Assembly (NCBI GenBank): GCA_964016885.1
Contig: OZ024741.1
Coordinates: 359,476,001-359,540,000, forward strand
Direction of reading: 5' to 3'
DNA: 64,000 nucleotides
From: Eledone cirrhosa
Taxonomy: Eukaryota
The notes beneath the pieces are model-generated. The model saw nothing but the letters and a program-made list of their open reading frames with translations. It was not told the DNA's origin and made no database searches. The translations under genes were made by a program, and so were the position numbers. Position 1 is the first letter of the stretch; each line of letters begins with the position of its first letter. Shown here one piece after another: positions 27,686 to 39,898 of the stretch.

Positions 27686-28074
27686 TCAATCTAGCTGTCG
27701 TCTGTTCTACAGCGTAGATGTAATTCACTTCGCGCAGAAGTTTTGTTCAAATTTATTGCGGAAATTTTGTAAGTTCAATTTTAATTTTGATACTATTGTG
27801 TAGCTTGACCCCCCGTCTGAACTGTCAGGCGGTGGGTCAGCTCATCTTTGCCCCTCCCAGGGGTGAAAAACCTGTTTTAAAAATTTTGTGGCATAACAAA
27901 TTTCAATCGTCTGACAGAAATGTTAAACGAAGCTAACGAAAATAGTGGTGGGGGGGACAGCGGTAAGAGTTGTAAGCTCGCACGCTTTAGTGCCCCCCCC
28001 CCCTTCCTTCCCAACTAACGTCATAGAGAAGGAAAGAAAAAATTAAATAAAAACAGACGAATCTGCGGAGAAAA

Positions 28075-29737
28075 ATGACGAAAACACAAATCTGGACATT
28101 GATTCCAACAACGAGAAAAAAAAAATTTGAAAAATTGCATGACAATATTAATACCACAAACAAAGACACGACAAACACAAAAATAACATTTGAAAACAAC
28201 ATCATAACAGAAAGCAAAGCAGACGACAAAGTCAACACCAATAATATTTCATTTGCACAAACAACAAAGAAATCTTTGACATATATACCTGAAAATATTT
28301 CAGATGTGGCACAAAGAATTACAGACGCCAAACAATACATAACTGAAGGGGAAAATGGTATTTTATCAGTAAAAATGCCTCAAGAACTCACCAAAGACAT
28401 TGAAAGTCGGACGGTCGTTTTCCGCACCATCAACAACATTTCTAAAAAACCTCATCAGCCAACACAAACAGAAATCAAAGCAGTACTTACAGAAGTACTT
28501 AATGAAACCACTTTCATAAGAAAAGACAGACTGTATGGAAGCCTAGCGATTATTATGAAGAACGAATCGGCGGCAAAAAAATGTGCTTTGTCACCGATTC
28601 GTTCGAAAAATTTTACCTTTTATCCATCTTATATGGGTAAAAGAACTCAGTGCATATGGCTGGATGCAATGATGCCAGATGTGGACTACTGCTGGCTCAT
28701 AGCTGGCTTCATCGATCCAGCGAATGACAACGTGATTTCCATTGGGAAAACCACAGGCAATGCGTTCAGTGGAACAGGTATAGAACTTGTAGTGCAAATG
28801 AAGCCTGAACGCATCGCCCAAATACCCGACAGAATCCTATTAGAGGGCCACGGGTATATAAACATTAGCGTGGAGGGGAGAAGGCCGTCCTGTCATATCT
28901 GTGCAGGCAGAGGGCACCTGAAGGCGGCTTGTCCCAACTCAACAAAAAGAAAACCCTGCTACCAACACCAGCTCCACCACCACCACAACAAATAAACAAA
29001 CAACAAAACTCAGTCCCACCCAACCCGTCCCTCAGTAAAACTACACCACCACCACAACACAAACAGTCACAACACATTACCCAAAACAAAATACAGTCCC
29101 ACCCAACCCCTCACTCAATAAAACAACACAACCACCGCAGCCACAACACACAACACAGTCTAACATAGTGATATCCATCTCCCCTACAAAGAAAACCAAC
29201 ACGGAAATATTACCAGCAAACATACCTCTTCCCTCCAACACTGAAGATAACCCAACGAATTCGGAGGAAGAAACGGAGTCCTTCAGACAGATTAAAAGGG
29301 AAAAAAGAAAACATGTGCAAAACACACAAGGCCAAACAACCCCTACCCAAATGTCAACACAATCCAACAAAACACAAAACACCCCTCCAGCAACAAACAA
29401 AACCAAACCTGCCCCTCCCCTCTTCGAAACACTCACACCATCCGAAAAAAAGACATTACACTATACTTACATCAACAGAAACAATAATAAATTAAATGAA
29501 CTCATAAACAATAATCCTTCGGTACAAACCGAAGGTGTAAACTTTGTTTCTTCAGAAAACTACCCACATTTAAAATTAATAAAGATCCCAATGAACCTCT
29601 ACCAAAAACTAAAAAAGGATTTTAAGGAGGACGTAGGACCACCCTCTGTCAAACCCATAAACCGCGTCCTACTAAAAAGCTTTCCCCCTCCCCTTCCCCA
29701 ACACAACTCCAAACACCCCAACCCCACCACACACTGA
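28075..29737 (+). pseudogene. LINE D ORF1 with CCHC knuckle, frameshifted
   Basis: CHICAGRGHLKAAC; the YPSYMGK and ISVEGRRP motifs match copy C ORF1 (VPSYCGK, ISVEGKRP). Confidence 0.8.
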
Positions 29738-29861
29738 CGACCCCACACCACCACAAGACACCCCTTCACCCAACACCCCCGACCCCATGGAAGTCGTGCG
29801 ACCCGAACCCCGGGAAGCAGAAAGGTAGGTCTCTACACTCTCCTTTGGCTTTGCCGCCCAC

Positions 29862-32800
29862 ATGGATGTGTTACGAGTAGGATGTTTGAATGCACGTGGC
29901 CTGGGCTCAACTTGGAAGCAAGCAAAGCTTCTAAATGACCTCAGGTCACGTGGTATAAATGTAATGGTTATCTGTGAGACTCGGATCAGCGTCGTGCGGC
30001 AGCTGGTCCCTACCTTCGATGACTTTGAGGTGCATGCATCTCTCTGTCAACCTGGAGGTGGGGGTGGGGTTGTCGTACTGCTGGAAAAACACCTGGGTCT
30101 CGCCGTACAGGTTGTTCACTCGGACCCGGAGGGTCGTTTGTTGGTGCTAGACGTTGGCAGTAGTGAAGGTGCGGTCTTGAGACTGGTCGCCGTCTACTCC
30201 CCTTTCGGAGCTGAACGGCCCGACATCTTCCAGCGTTTGGAGACTTTTCTGGGAACGTCGCGTTCCCTGCTTCTAGCGGGGGATTGGAATGACATCCTAG
30301 ATGCACGTTGGGACTATGCAGGAGCATGTCCTAATAGAGGGGGATGTAACAGCCTCAAGGGGTTACTCGACCGTTTTAACTTGGTCGATAGATATCGACT
30401 AGATTTTCCAACTGTGCCAACCTGGACTTGGACGGACCACAGTGGTCAATCTAGATCGTACTTAGATAGATTCTTAGTTAGAAGTAAGGATAGGGACATA
30501 TTAAGCTGTCCAGAAATGCTCACGGTTGGCTATACGGATCACAAATTAGTGACCTGCGTAGTCAATCTCGAGAAAACACATAAACAGGGTCCCGGTTACT
30601 GGAAACTTAATTTGTCTTTACCGGCAAAAGAGACTTACAGAAACCGGATTAGCAGATTAGTTAAGGAGAGGTTGACGGGTGCAATCGTCAACAACCGATG
30701 GTAGGCATCTCTCAAAAGAGAAATTAGAACAGAATCAATAAGTTATTGCAAGATGTTAGCTGCCGATAGGAATAGAAACGAGAAAGAATTAACAGGTAAA
30801 TTAGAAGAGGCAATCAAGAGCGAAGATGTGGCCAGAGTGCTGGCATCGAGGACGGCCTTGAACCAGTTTTTCGATGCAAAGCACGAAGGCTGCGTCATTC
30901 GAAGTAAAATACGTGCTCTAGGTAATGAGGGGGCCAAAGCCGTTGGCTGGGCCCGCATGACAGAAGCTAAGAGTGGAAATCGATCCACCATCCGGTCTTT
31001 GCAAGACGAGGATGGACGCGTGATCCGGGAGCCTAAGCAGATGTGCGAGGCCTTTCAAAGGCACTTTGCCCGATTATTAGGGGGAGGCGAGGGTCCGGGC
31101 GGGGACGTGGATTTCGGTCCATACCTCGACGGCCTGCCGCGTTTCTCGAGCGAAGAGGCAGAGTCCTGCGAGGGACCAATCTCGGCTGATGAGATCGGGG
31201 ATGCGCTGAGCCAATGCAGCAGACGCAAACTCCAGGTCTCGATGGTATACCTTACGAACTTTATTTAGCAATGCCGGTCTTCTTCTCCGAACTCCTCGAA
31301 GCGGTCTACTGCAATTGGCAGCAGAACGGGAGAATTCCTTGTTCTGTAGCCAAGGGCGTAGTCTCGCTGGTGAGGAAGGACGAGAACAAGGGGGATAATA
31401 TAAATAATTTTCGGCCCATAACCCTGCTAAACACAGAGTTAAAGATTTTGGCCAAGGTGTTAGCAAAGAGGTTGGCGCTTGTCGTGAGTGGCCTGGTGGG
31501 AGATGCGCAGACATGTGCTATCCCATACAGGTCCATTCACGATAACCTCCACCTCATGCGATACATCATAGAGAGGGTTGGCAACAAACCCGGCTTCGGT
31601 GGGGCCCTGATCAACTTGGATCAGTCTAAGGCCTTCGATAGGGTCGACCATGTAACCATGGTCGATGCGGTGCTAGCGGCGGCTGGGTTTGGGTTCGGTC
31701 CTGTTTTCAGAGGCTGGATCACTGCCTTACATAGCAACCATATCTGTTCTAGGATCAAGGTGAACGGCTACCTTTCGAAGCCGTTCGAAATCACACGATC
31801 CATTCGACAGGGGTGCCCTCTCTCCTCCCTTCTGTACGTATTGACTCTCGAGCCTTTACTGAGGAAGTTGGAGTTGTTGCAGGGTATCCCCCTGGAACCA
31901 GGATTGAGCAAAGCGGTGTCGGCCTACGCCGATGACGTAACAGTAATGGTATCGACCGACTCGGAGATCGAGGCGATCGGTACCTTACTAGAGGATTACG
32001 AAAGGTTGTCAGGAGCGAAACTGAACCGGGAAAAATCCATCGGGCTGCAACTCGGAACGTGGAGAGGCAGACCGATGCCTCCCGACGGTGTCGTCGGACA
32101 CTGGACGGAGGGCCCGGTGAAGTTGCTTGGGGTCTGGTTTGGACCGGACCTCCAGGTGGAAAAGAACTGGGACGAGGTTACGAACAAGGTGTTTGCACTA
32201 ACCCAGAAATGGGCCAAGTGTAAACTGTCCCTAAAAGGCCGGGCGGAGGTGGCGAACATTTACATAGCGTCCGTCACTTACTACCGCCTGACTGTCGTGC
32301 CTTGCCATAAGGAAACACTCACCACCATGGAACGCATGCTCTTCCAATTTCTTTGGAAGAAGCGCCCTCCTATGGTGAGAAGATCCATCTGCTGCCAACA
32401 ACCTTCGAAAGGAGAGCTGGGGATGCCGAGGTTGATGATGCGTAGGCACGCATTAAGGCTACGGCACCTACAGGTATTCCTCACTGGTCAACCGGTGTGG
32501 GCTCCGTTCGTGAAACGAGCCTTACCGAGACTCGTCTCACTCACCGAGCTGCAGTCCTGGGTCAAGCAAAGATCCGGAAAACTGGGAGACTGGCACACTG
32601 AGTGTGCTCAGGCGCTCAGGGCTCTCTGGCAAGCGGGCCAGGCCATCGGTGGAGAATCCACCTCATCATTCTATAGAGGGCTGGTGGCTAGCAGGGGCGA
32701 TGACACCCTTGGAGAGTCGCTGGACATGGAAGAGGACGAACTGGCCAGCCTGTTCGGTAGGACTTTCGGCCCGGACCAATGGACAACTTCCAGAAGTCAC

Positions 32801-33306
32801 TAGCCTGGCAGTGCTACCGGGGGGCTCTACCCGTTCGAGAGAGGCTCTACAGACACGGGCGCCCGGGCAGGGATCCCTCGAAAAAGATTTGCCCTAGATG
32901 CGAGCGTCACGAAGAAACCGTTGCGCACGCATTGGTGCAATGTCCGGGCGTGGCTGATCTGTGGGGCTACGCCGAACGACTGCTGTCGCGGGTGGCGCCG
33001 ATTCGATTGACCGCCCAGTCCGTGATGACAATCAAGCCGCCTCCCCTCTTCACAAAGGAAGCAAAGGCGGTTTTTCTGTGCGTAATAGCCATGTTGAAAG
33101 AGGTTGTTTGGTGGACACGATTGAAAGGTCTGAGGTCAGGCAACTTCCTCTCTGGCCATAGTCTGGTCTACTTCTTCCGATATCACTTCGGAAGAAGGAT
33201 AAGAATGGAGAGAGAGGTGCTTGGCCACAGGCAGTTTTATGAAAGGTGGGTGATAGTGGCGAGAATGGCTCGTGTAAATGGGCCTTCTCTGTATACCATC
33301 CTGTAG
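29862..33306 (+). pseudogene. LINE D ORF2 (APE + RT), disrupted
   Basis: GCLNARGL, CET, GDWN, SYLDR, TDH; FRPITLLN, KAFDRV, RQGCPLS, YADD. Stop at 30702 and frameshifts near 31225 and 32775. Confidence 0.92.
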
Positions 33307-33922
33307 GTAAAGAAGTGAAGGAGAGGGGAGCACCTTCTCCATGTGCTCCCCGGGCAAAGGATTGCACACTTTTTCGGGGGGGGGGTGCAACCCCCATCAC
33401 GTCCCCTCCCTTTTGAGGTTGTTTTCGATTATTTTCATTTTATACCCTTTTTACTCGATTGTATGTAAATCCCCCTTTGTATTTGTCCCTTCTTTTTATG
33501 CCTTTATGGTAAATAAAGAAATATATCTACACTCGCTTGGCTGAGATTGCACAGAAAAACCTCGCTCCGCCGGTATATTGACCACAGAACTTAAAGTCCA
33601 ATCGGTTCGTTATCACTTTTTCTATTTTCTCCTCGGTTACTCACTTGCATGTGTCATTGTCCTGTGTTTACTTCGTTTTTTCCTCTTTCCTTTTTTCTCT
33701 TTCTTCTTCTCTCTTCACTATCTTATCTTTTCTTCCCCTCAGGGCCTTTTGATTGATAAAAGACCTTGGGCGCGCTGCTGATCAATTTCGATGTCCTGTT
33801 TTAAGCACTGAAACATCTATAACCTGCAGTTAACAGCTGATGAAGGGTTTCTTCTCTTGTTTCGTCCATATTACCATCTTAAACTTTGTTTACACTAACC
33901 GCACAGCCTGCTTCGTTTCTTG

Positions 33923-33955
<33 letters not shown>

Positions 33956-34056
33956 GTAAATGAAGTAATTCCGTCGGGAAAGTCCAGGAAAAAAGAGTGC
34001 TCTATGTAGGTAACAGAGCTTAATAGTTATGTAATAAACAACATAAGGCAATTATT

Positions 34057-34112
34057 CCATTTACCAGTGGTTTCTTAAAAGCAAAAAATTTTGCTTTCAA
34101 TCATCAGAATGA
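34057..34112 (-). ncRNA. Type I hammerhead ribozyme with intact core
   Basis: Minus strand: TCATT-CTGATGA-TTGAAAGCAAAA TT TTTTGCTTTTAA-GAAAC-CACTG-GTA-AATGG. All three helices pair; predicted cleavage after GUA (34062). Confidence 0.8.
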
Positions 34113-34542
34113 AAAAATCCTGGTCTATTTATTGATATTGGATTCTAAAAACAATTTGTTTTTAGAATCCAATACCGGGGGGGGGGGGGGGGGGGTTATC
34201 TTTCGGATAGGAGCGATACGTGTCCTCTGCTGTTCGTTGTTTTGAATATCCGACAGATAACCCCCCTACCCCACATACCCCCCGGAAAACCCCCCAGTTG
34301 ATGGATGTGAATCCGAAATATAGGAACAATGAAATCTCTCCCAAGGTAACTCTATCTTGTGTTATTATTTTTATTTTTATTTTTTATGCTCTTTCCTACG
34401 TTCTACACACTATACATCTCATTCTACATTCACTTACATCTCTCTCTTCACCACTGGATCTTGTTACCCGGAGAATTATCCATCTGCATTGTTGAGGCTT
34501 CCAAAACGACCTAAAGAAGATATGTATATATATATATATATA

Positions 34543-35190
34543 TCATCATCATCATTACCGTTTTATGTCTGTTCTTCCACGCTATTATGGGTTAGATGGG
34601 TTGTTCTGTTGTGGGCAGTGCCAGGTCAGGTGACCTTGTCTTGCCCATACAGGAACTGATTCTGGCTTGATTTCTACAGCTGGATGCCCTTCCTAACACC
34701 AACCTCATTTACAGTGAGTGCTGGGTGCTTTTTTCCGTGACGCCTACACATCCACTTTACAGTGTAGACTGGATGCTTTTTTGCCGTGGTACCTCCACGA
34801 CGTCTTTGCAGTGGGAGGGGGTGGAGGCATTTTGTCTATATGCTTCAGCTTCGGCTTGTACTCATGGGGGGTCGGGTCTTCTGTATTACTGCGTGATGCC
34901 AGAGGTCACGGTCATGTGTCATCGCCTTTGAGAGGTGCAATTGGGTAAGGTCAGCTTTTATCACCTCATCCCAGGTCTTCTTGGGTCTCCCCACTCTGCG
35001 GCTTCCATCGACTTCTAGTGCTCTGCACTTTTTTATGCAACTGTCATCCTTCATACGCATCACATGTCCATACCAACGTAACCTCCTCTCCTGCACACAG
35101 CATTTGATTCCTCTTATGCTCAGTCTCTCCCTCAATTCGTTTATGCTTTGCCATTCGCGTATATTACTATTACACATCCATCGGAGCATG
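34543..35190 (-). mobile_element. RTE-clade LINE 3' fragment
   Basis: MLRWMC...RRLRWYGHVMRM...GRPKKTW plus 3'UTR and (GAT)n tail; same family as 62866-64000. Confidence 0.88.
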
Positions 35191-35659
35191 TATATATATA
35201 TATTATCATCATTTCATTCATCATTTCATTTTATGTCCACTTTTCCCTGCTTGCAAGGGTGGGACAGGAACTGATTCTGGCTTGATTTCTACAGCTGGAT
35301 GCCCTTCCTAACACCAACCTCATTTACAGTGAGTGCTGGGTGCTTTTTTGCCATGGCACCTCCATGACCACATTGCAGTGGAATCTCATTTCTACAGCTG
35401 AGTAAACTGGAGCAATGTGAATAAATATATATATTCATATGTATATATATATAATATATATATTTATATGTGTATATATTGTAATACTTTAGGAGGGTCA
35501 TGCTGCCAATAAAAACACATGCACCTGTTGGTTTGCACTTCAATTTATCATAAATTTCCAGTTGGATGGTTGGTTCAATAACCGTATGGTTGTTTATATA
35601 TTGTCAAAGCTCTTTCGTCACACTTTCTGTGACCTCCTCAGTGACTGTATTTTTATTTT

Positions 35660-37255
35660 GTGTCTCTCCTTTGTTCTGTCCTAAACAATCTTGTTTTTGA
35701 CACAAAAAGCAAGTGATGTTGGCTGCCATCAGATCTTTTTGGAACATTCGACGCCAGGTGATCCTTGGCCAACCCCGCTTCTCTTTGTCACCAGGTGGAG
35801 TCCAGCTCATTGCTGTTTTCAAGTGTCGTTCGTTGGGCAGGCGCAAAATATGGCCAGCCAGATGGCACTGCCGCTCCATGACAACCCTCTGCAGCGTCCA
35901 TGACTCAGCTCTCTGCAGGGTTTCCTTGTTTCATACTCAGTTGCACCAGAACACAAGAAGGATCCTTAACAGGCTCTGCTGGAAGGATAATTCAGCTGTC
36001 TCTCTATCTTTGCCTACTCTTCCAGGTTTCACTCGCATAAAGCACTGTTGGCAGCATGATGCTCTTGTACAGGCGCGCTTGATCTTGGTGCTGATGCCTG
36101 AAGATGACCAGATTGGGTGCATCCGCTGAAAAACTGCAACTCCTTTGCCGATCCGACAGTTGATGTCGAGCTCCACATCGCCATTGTTTGCCATGGTGCT
36201 GCCCAGATAGGTGAAGTGATCGACATCTTCCAGGGCTTGTTGGTGGACTCTGACTGCTGGGCCTGTGTTGTTGGCTGTCCTCATCACCTTGGTCTTTTTG
36301 GTGTTGATTCATAGACCGATCTTTTCCACACTCTCTTGCTGAGATCTTGTTAGAGACTGCAGATCTGCTTTGTCTTCAGCGACCAAAGCGATGTCATCAG
36401 TGAATGCCAGGTCCCTTTAGCCTCGACTGGCCTCTCCATGGGATTCCTTGATCGGGCCCTTCATCTGTTCGCCTTATAACGAAATTGACTGCCAGCAGGA
36501 ACAGCAGTGGCAAGAGAAGGCAATCCTGTCTGACTCCGGAGACAATGTCAAAGAACTCCATCACACCAGACCCAGTTCACACGCAGCAGCTGGAGTTTGC
36601 ATACAGGGCCTTGAAGATGGCAATGAATCTTGCAGGAATGCCGCACAAGTGCACAACGTTCCACAGCAATTCCCGATGCACACTGTCGAATGTCTTCGGG
36701 AAATCAATGAAATTGACCGCCAAAGGTTGCTGGAGCTCAACGTATTGTTCAAGGATGTTGTGTAGAGTGAAGTTCTGTTCGGTGCAAGATCAGTTGTTTT
36801 GTAAGCCTGCTTGTTCTTCCCAGAGCACAGAGTCAACAGCTTGCCAGAGTCGATGCAGCAGCACAGTGCAGAACACCTTGCCTGAGACTGACAGCAATGT
36901 GATGCCGCGCCAGTTGTTGCAATCGGCCATGTTTCCCTTCTTCGGCAGTTTAATGATGATACCACATTGCAACTCAAGAGGAATCTGACTGACCCTCCAG
37001 CAGCAGTTCAGCAGAAAAAGATGGATGGAACACTTCCGAGAGATGCTGAACCAACCAGATTCAGTCGCCCTGATAGACTTAACTACAGAGACTCCAGCAA
37101 TCACTGCAGTACTTAAAGTCTGCAAGGACCAAATCACCAAGCAGGAGACGAGAGATACAATCAGCGACTTGAAGAATGGCAACTTGAGATCTCTACACAA
37201 TTGCTCAAATTCGGTGAAGATATCATGATTATGGCATTGACAAATTTGATAATGG
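35660..37255 (-). mobile_element. Decayed RTE-clade LINE with an inverted 5' segment (~36990-37255)
   Basis: Minus strand: GIIIKLPKKGNMADCNNWRGITLLS...EEQAG, FTYLGS, LYASETW, AGHILR. Plus strand: WMEHFREMLN...LKNG, the region that normally lies upstream. Confidence 0.8.
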
Positions 37256-37447
37256 CATATATATATATGTGTGTGTGTGTGTGTGTATTTGTATATATTT
37301 AATTGTGGCTGTGTATGTATATACATGTATATATGTGTGTATGTATATGTATTTGTCTACTTATCTGGACAGGTATGCAATTTTTTTATTTTTATATTTT
37401 TATATATATATTTTTTTTCCTTGTACTAAATATATATTTATCAGCAG

Positions 37448-37531
37448 AGGTCTGACGATCTTTTGATTCCAGAGTCGGACCAGATCAATACAGATTGAAC
37501 CTTGAGCTGATCAATAGCGAAACACGTCCCC
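37448..37531 (+). ncRNA. Hammerhead ribozyme with ~60-nt helix II, partly decayed
   Basis: CTGACGA (37452)...GAAAC-AC-GTC (37519-37528). Helix II base CTTTTGATT/GATCAATAG. The insert is homologous to that at 62252-62325. Confidence 0.6.
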
Positions 37532-38568
37532 AAACAATAGACGTAATGAAGACATAACAAATCATCCTTTTATTGTTGTATTTACACTCTGTTTAGCTTA
37601 TTACAGACGTGAATCTACACATCAAGGGCTCGCCTGGGTGAACCCACTATAACTGCACGTTACACTCCCTAGATGTACATATACATTTTTTTATATATAT
37701 ATTTTTTTAAAGAAAATATTAAAACCTGTTTTATATAACTCAAATTTGTAGTAAATTGTGTTAGTTTAAGTGCCATATTCAAAATTGATGTCATCTAATG
37801 TAAACATTAGCCGTCAGGCTAAATCTGAAATCTATATGATTTAATAGGTAAAAAGTTTCTTATATTCGCTTTTTACCAGTCCTCCACCACCTCAGCCAAC
37901 AACACTATACAGTCAGTGGGAGTTCAAACCAGCCAAGTTTGTTTACTGCTAGCTTTGGTGTTCAGCAGAATTTCAGTGCAATCGTACCTGCTACCCTTTT
38001 ATGGCAGGAGAATATACAGACCATCAACCCCAAAGTGAGAAAGTTACCAACTGCTATGGTTAATATAACTTATCATAGAAAATATTTAAGATTTCGCAAC
38101 CCAGAAATCAAAAAAATTATAAATTTCAGACATTAAAAGTCACTGACCATATAGTGTTGTCGGATGAGGTGGTGGGGGACTGGTAGCTAGAGAGAAAAAA
38201 ATATGGTTGGTAGTATTCTGGGTGGTAGTTGAATGGTCAGCCACCCACACCTCTGCAACTGCGCACGGATGTCAGGATGTTCTCAAAGTTAGAAGGGAGC
38301 GGACACCCAAAGCAAAAACATACATTTTTTTAGTCTGTTCCCTTCCACCCAAAATTGCCTCGGAAATGTTACCTTTTAATCAATTTTTGCTGTCTGAAGA
38401 AATCACGATATCTATCGCCATGGAAATATGTATAACGGTTCAATTAATAAAGGACTCTAACAGCTACAACTTTGTATTTTCCTTCATATATATATATATA
38501 TATATTCGCTATATGTCTCTCCACCACTCCCCTACACACCTTTTGAACTCTGTTCCCACACACTTCTC

Positions 38569-38600
38569 ACCTGAAGAAGGGCTTATGCCCGAAACGTCGT
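38569..38600 (+). ncRNA. Minimal PLE-type hammerhead ribozyme
   Basis: CTGAAGA-A-GGGC TTAT GCCC-GAAACGTC, followed by AATAAA (~38637) and (TA)n. Helix I is short. Confidence 0.7.
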
Positions 38601-39192
38601 CCCCCACCTACCCCCCACTCTCCTGAGCGTGAATTTAATAAACATTTATTGTACTGCCTCTCTGTTCTGTCCCTGTTCAATTTTTCATTATATATATATA
38701 TATATATATATATTGGTAAACGGAATAGAAAATGCTGACAAATTGTTCACAGTTGAAAAATGGTTTAATTAGGAATAAAAGAGTATTAGTGATTGTATGG
38801 GTTAGTATTCAGTTGTGGTTTTAAGTTTTTAAGTTTTTACCGGTTGCGCATTTCTAAATGCTTTTCAAAAATAATTTTGAGATAGAGTGTCCGTGCTGTT
38901 TGCTCTGATCTGATTAGTTTTGGGAATTCTACCTGTTTTTATGTTAAAAAAATGGCTCCAGCGTTATTTTTGTGTTGTAAAAATGCTTGTGGTCAAAACA
39001 ATTTTGATTGGTCGGTAGAGGTCATGTGAATGTAAAAAGTTGATTTTGCGCCAAGACTGTTTTTATGTTAAAATGTTAGAAAAGTGGCTCCAGCAAAGAT
39101 TATGGTCAAAACAATTTTGATTGGTCGGTAGAGGTCATGTGGATAAAAAATTGGTTTTGCGCCAAGATTGAGAAATGACTCTTTCACAACAG

Positions 39193-39266
<74 letters not shown>

Positions 39267-39335
39267 TAGTAGTAGTAAGGTATTCGATGCTGCGACAATA
39301 GCCACCAGCGATGTGTGTCAAATGGCTATTAAGAT

Positions 39336-39371
<36 letters not shown>

Positions 39372-39669
39372 ACATACACACAGCAGAGTCATTCGAAGGT
39401 CAAAAGATATTTTTCAGCTTTTGTCTTATACGGAGAAGTGCGTGTGTGTGTGTGTGTGTGTGTGTATAAGTCTCTTTGTATGTTGATGTACGCGTGTGTA
39501 TGTGTCTGTGTATATATGTGTGTGTGTGTGTGTGTGCGTGTGTGGGTGGACCAGTATTTTTTTCCCCCCCTGGTAAAATGGTGTACATTATTCGATTTTT
39601 TCAGTAAAATCGGTTCTCTTAATAGAACATCAACAATCTTAACAATAAAGGGTGTGGAATGATATTCAC

Positions 39670-39720
<51 letters not shown>

Positions 39721-39898
39721 TTTCACTACATACATATATACATATATATACATATATACATACATATATATGCACATATATTTTTTTGTATTGCACCATA
39801 GAGCATGTGTGTTTACGTGTGTCATTGTGTTTATATGTGGGTAGAGATGTGTGCTGATGTAGGTATGTATGTTGACGTGTGTATGTTGTGGGTTCGTC

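Larger units (their letters stand above)
27686..33523 (+). mobile_element. L1/Tx1-type LINE copy D (diverged subfamily), full length, 15-bp TSD
   Basis: TSD TATCTACACTCGCTT at 27671-27685 and 33524-33538; ORF1 and ORF2 present; ends AATAAAGAAATA. Confidence 0.93.

Noticed and set aside
38730-38770. Hammerhead-like CTGACAA...GAAAAA at the Penelope 3' end
   Set aside because: The core deviates from CUGANGA/GAAA-NUH, helices I and III do not form, and it is antisense to the element.
39068-39844. HT/CV/YI-rich ORFs here and in each array unit
   Set aside because: Translations of (CA)n and (TA)n microsatellites.
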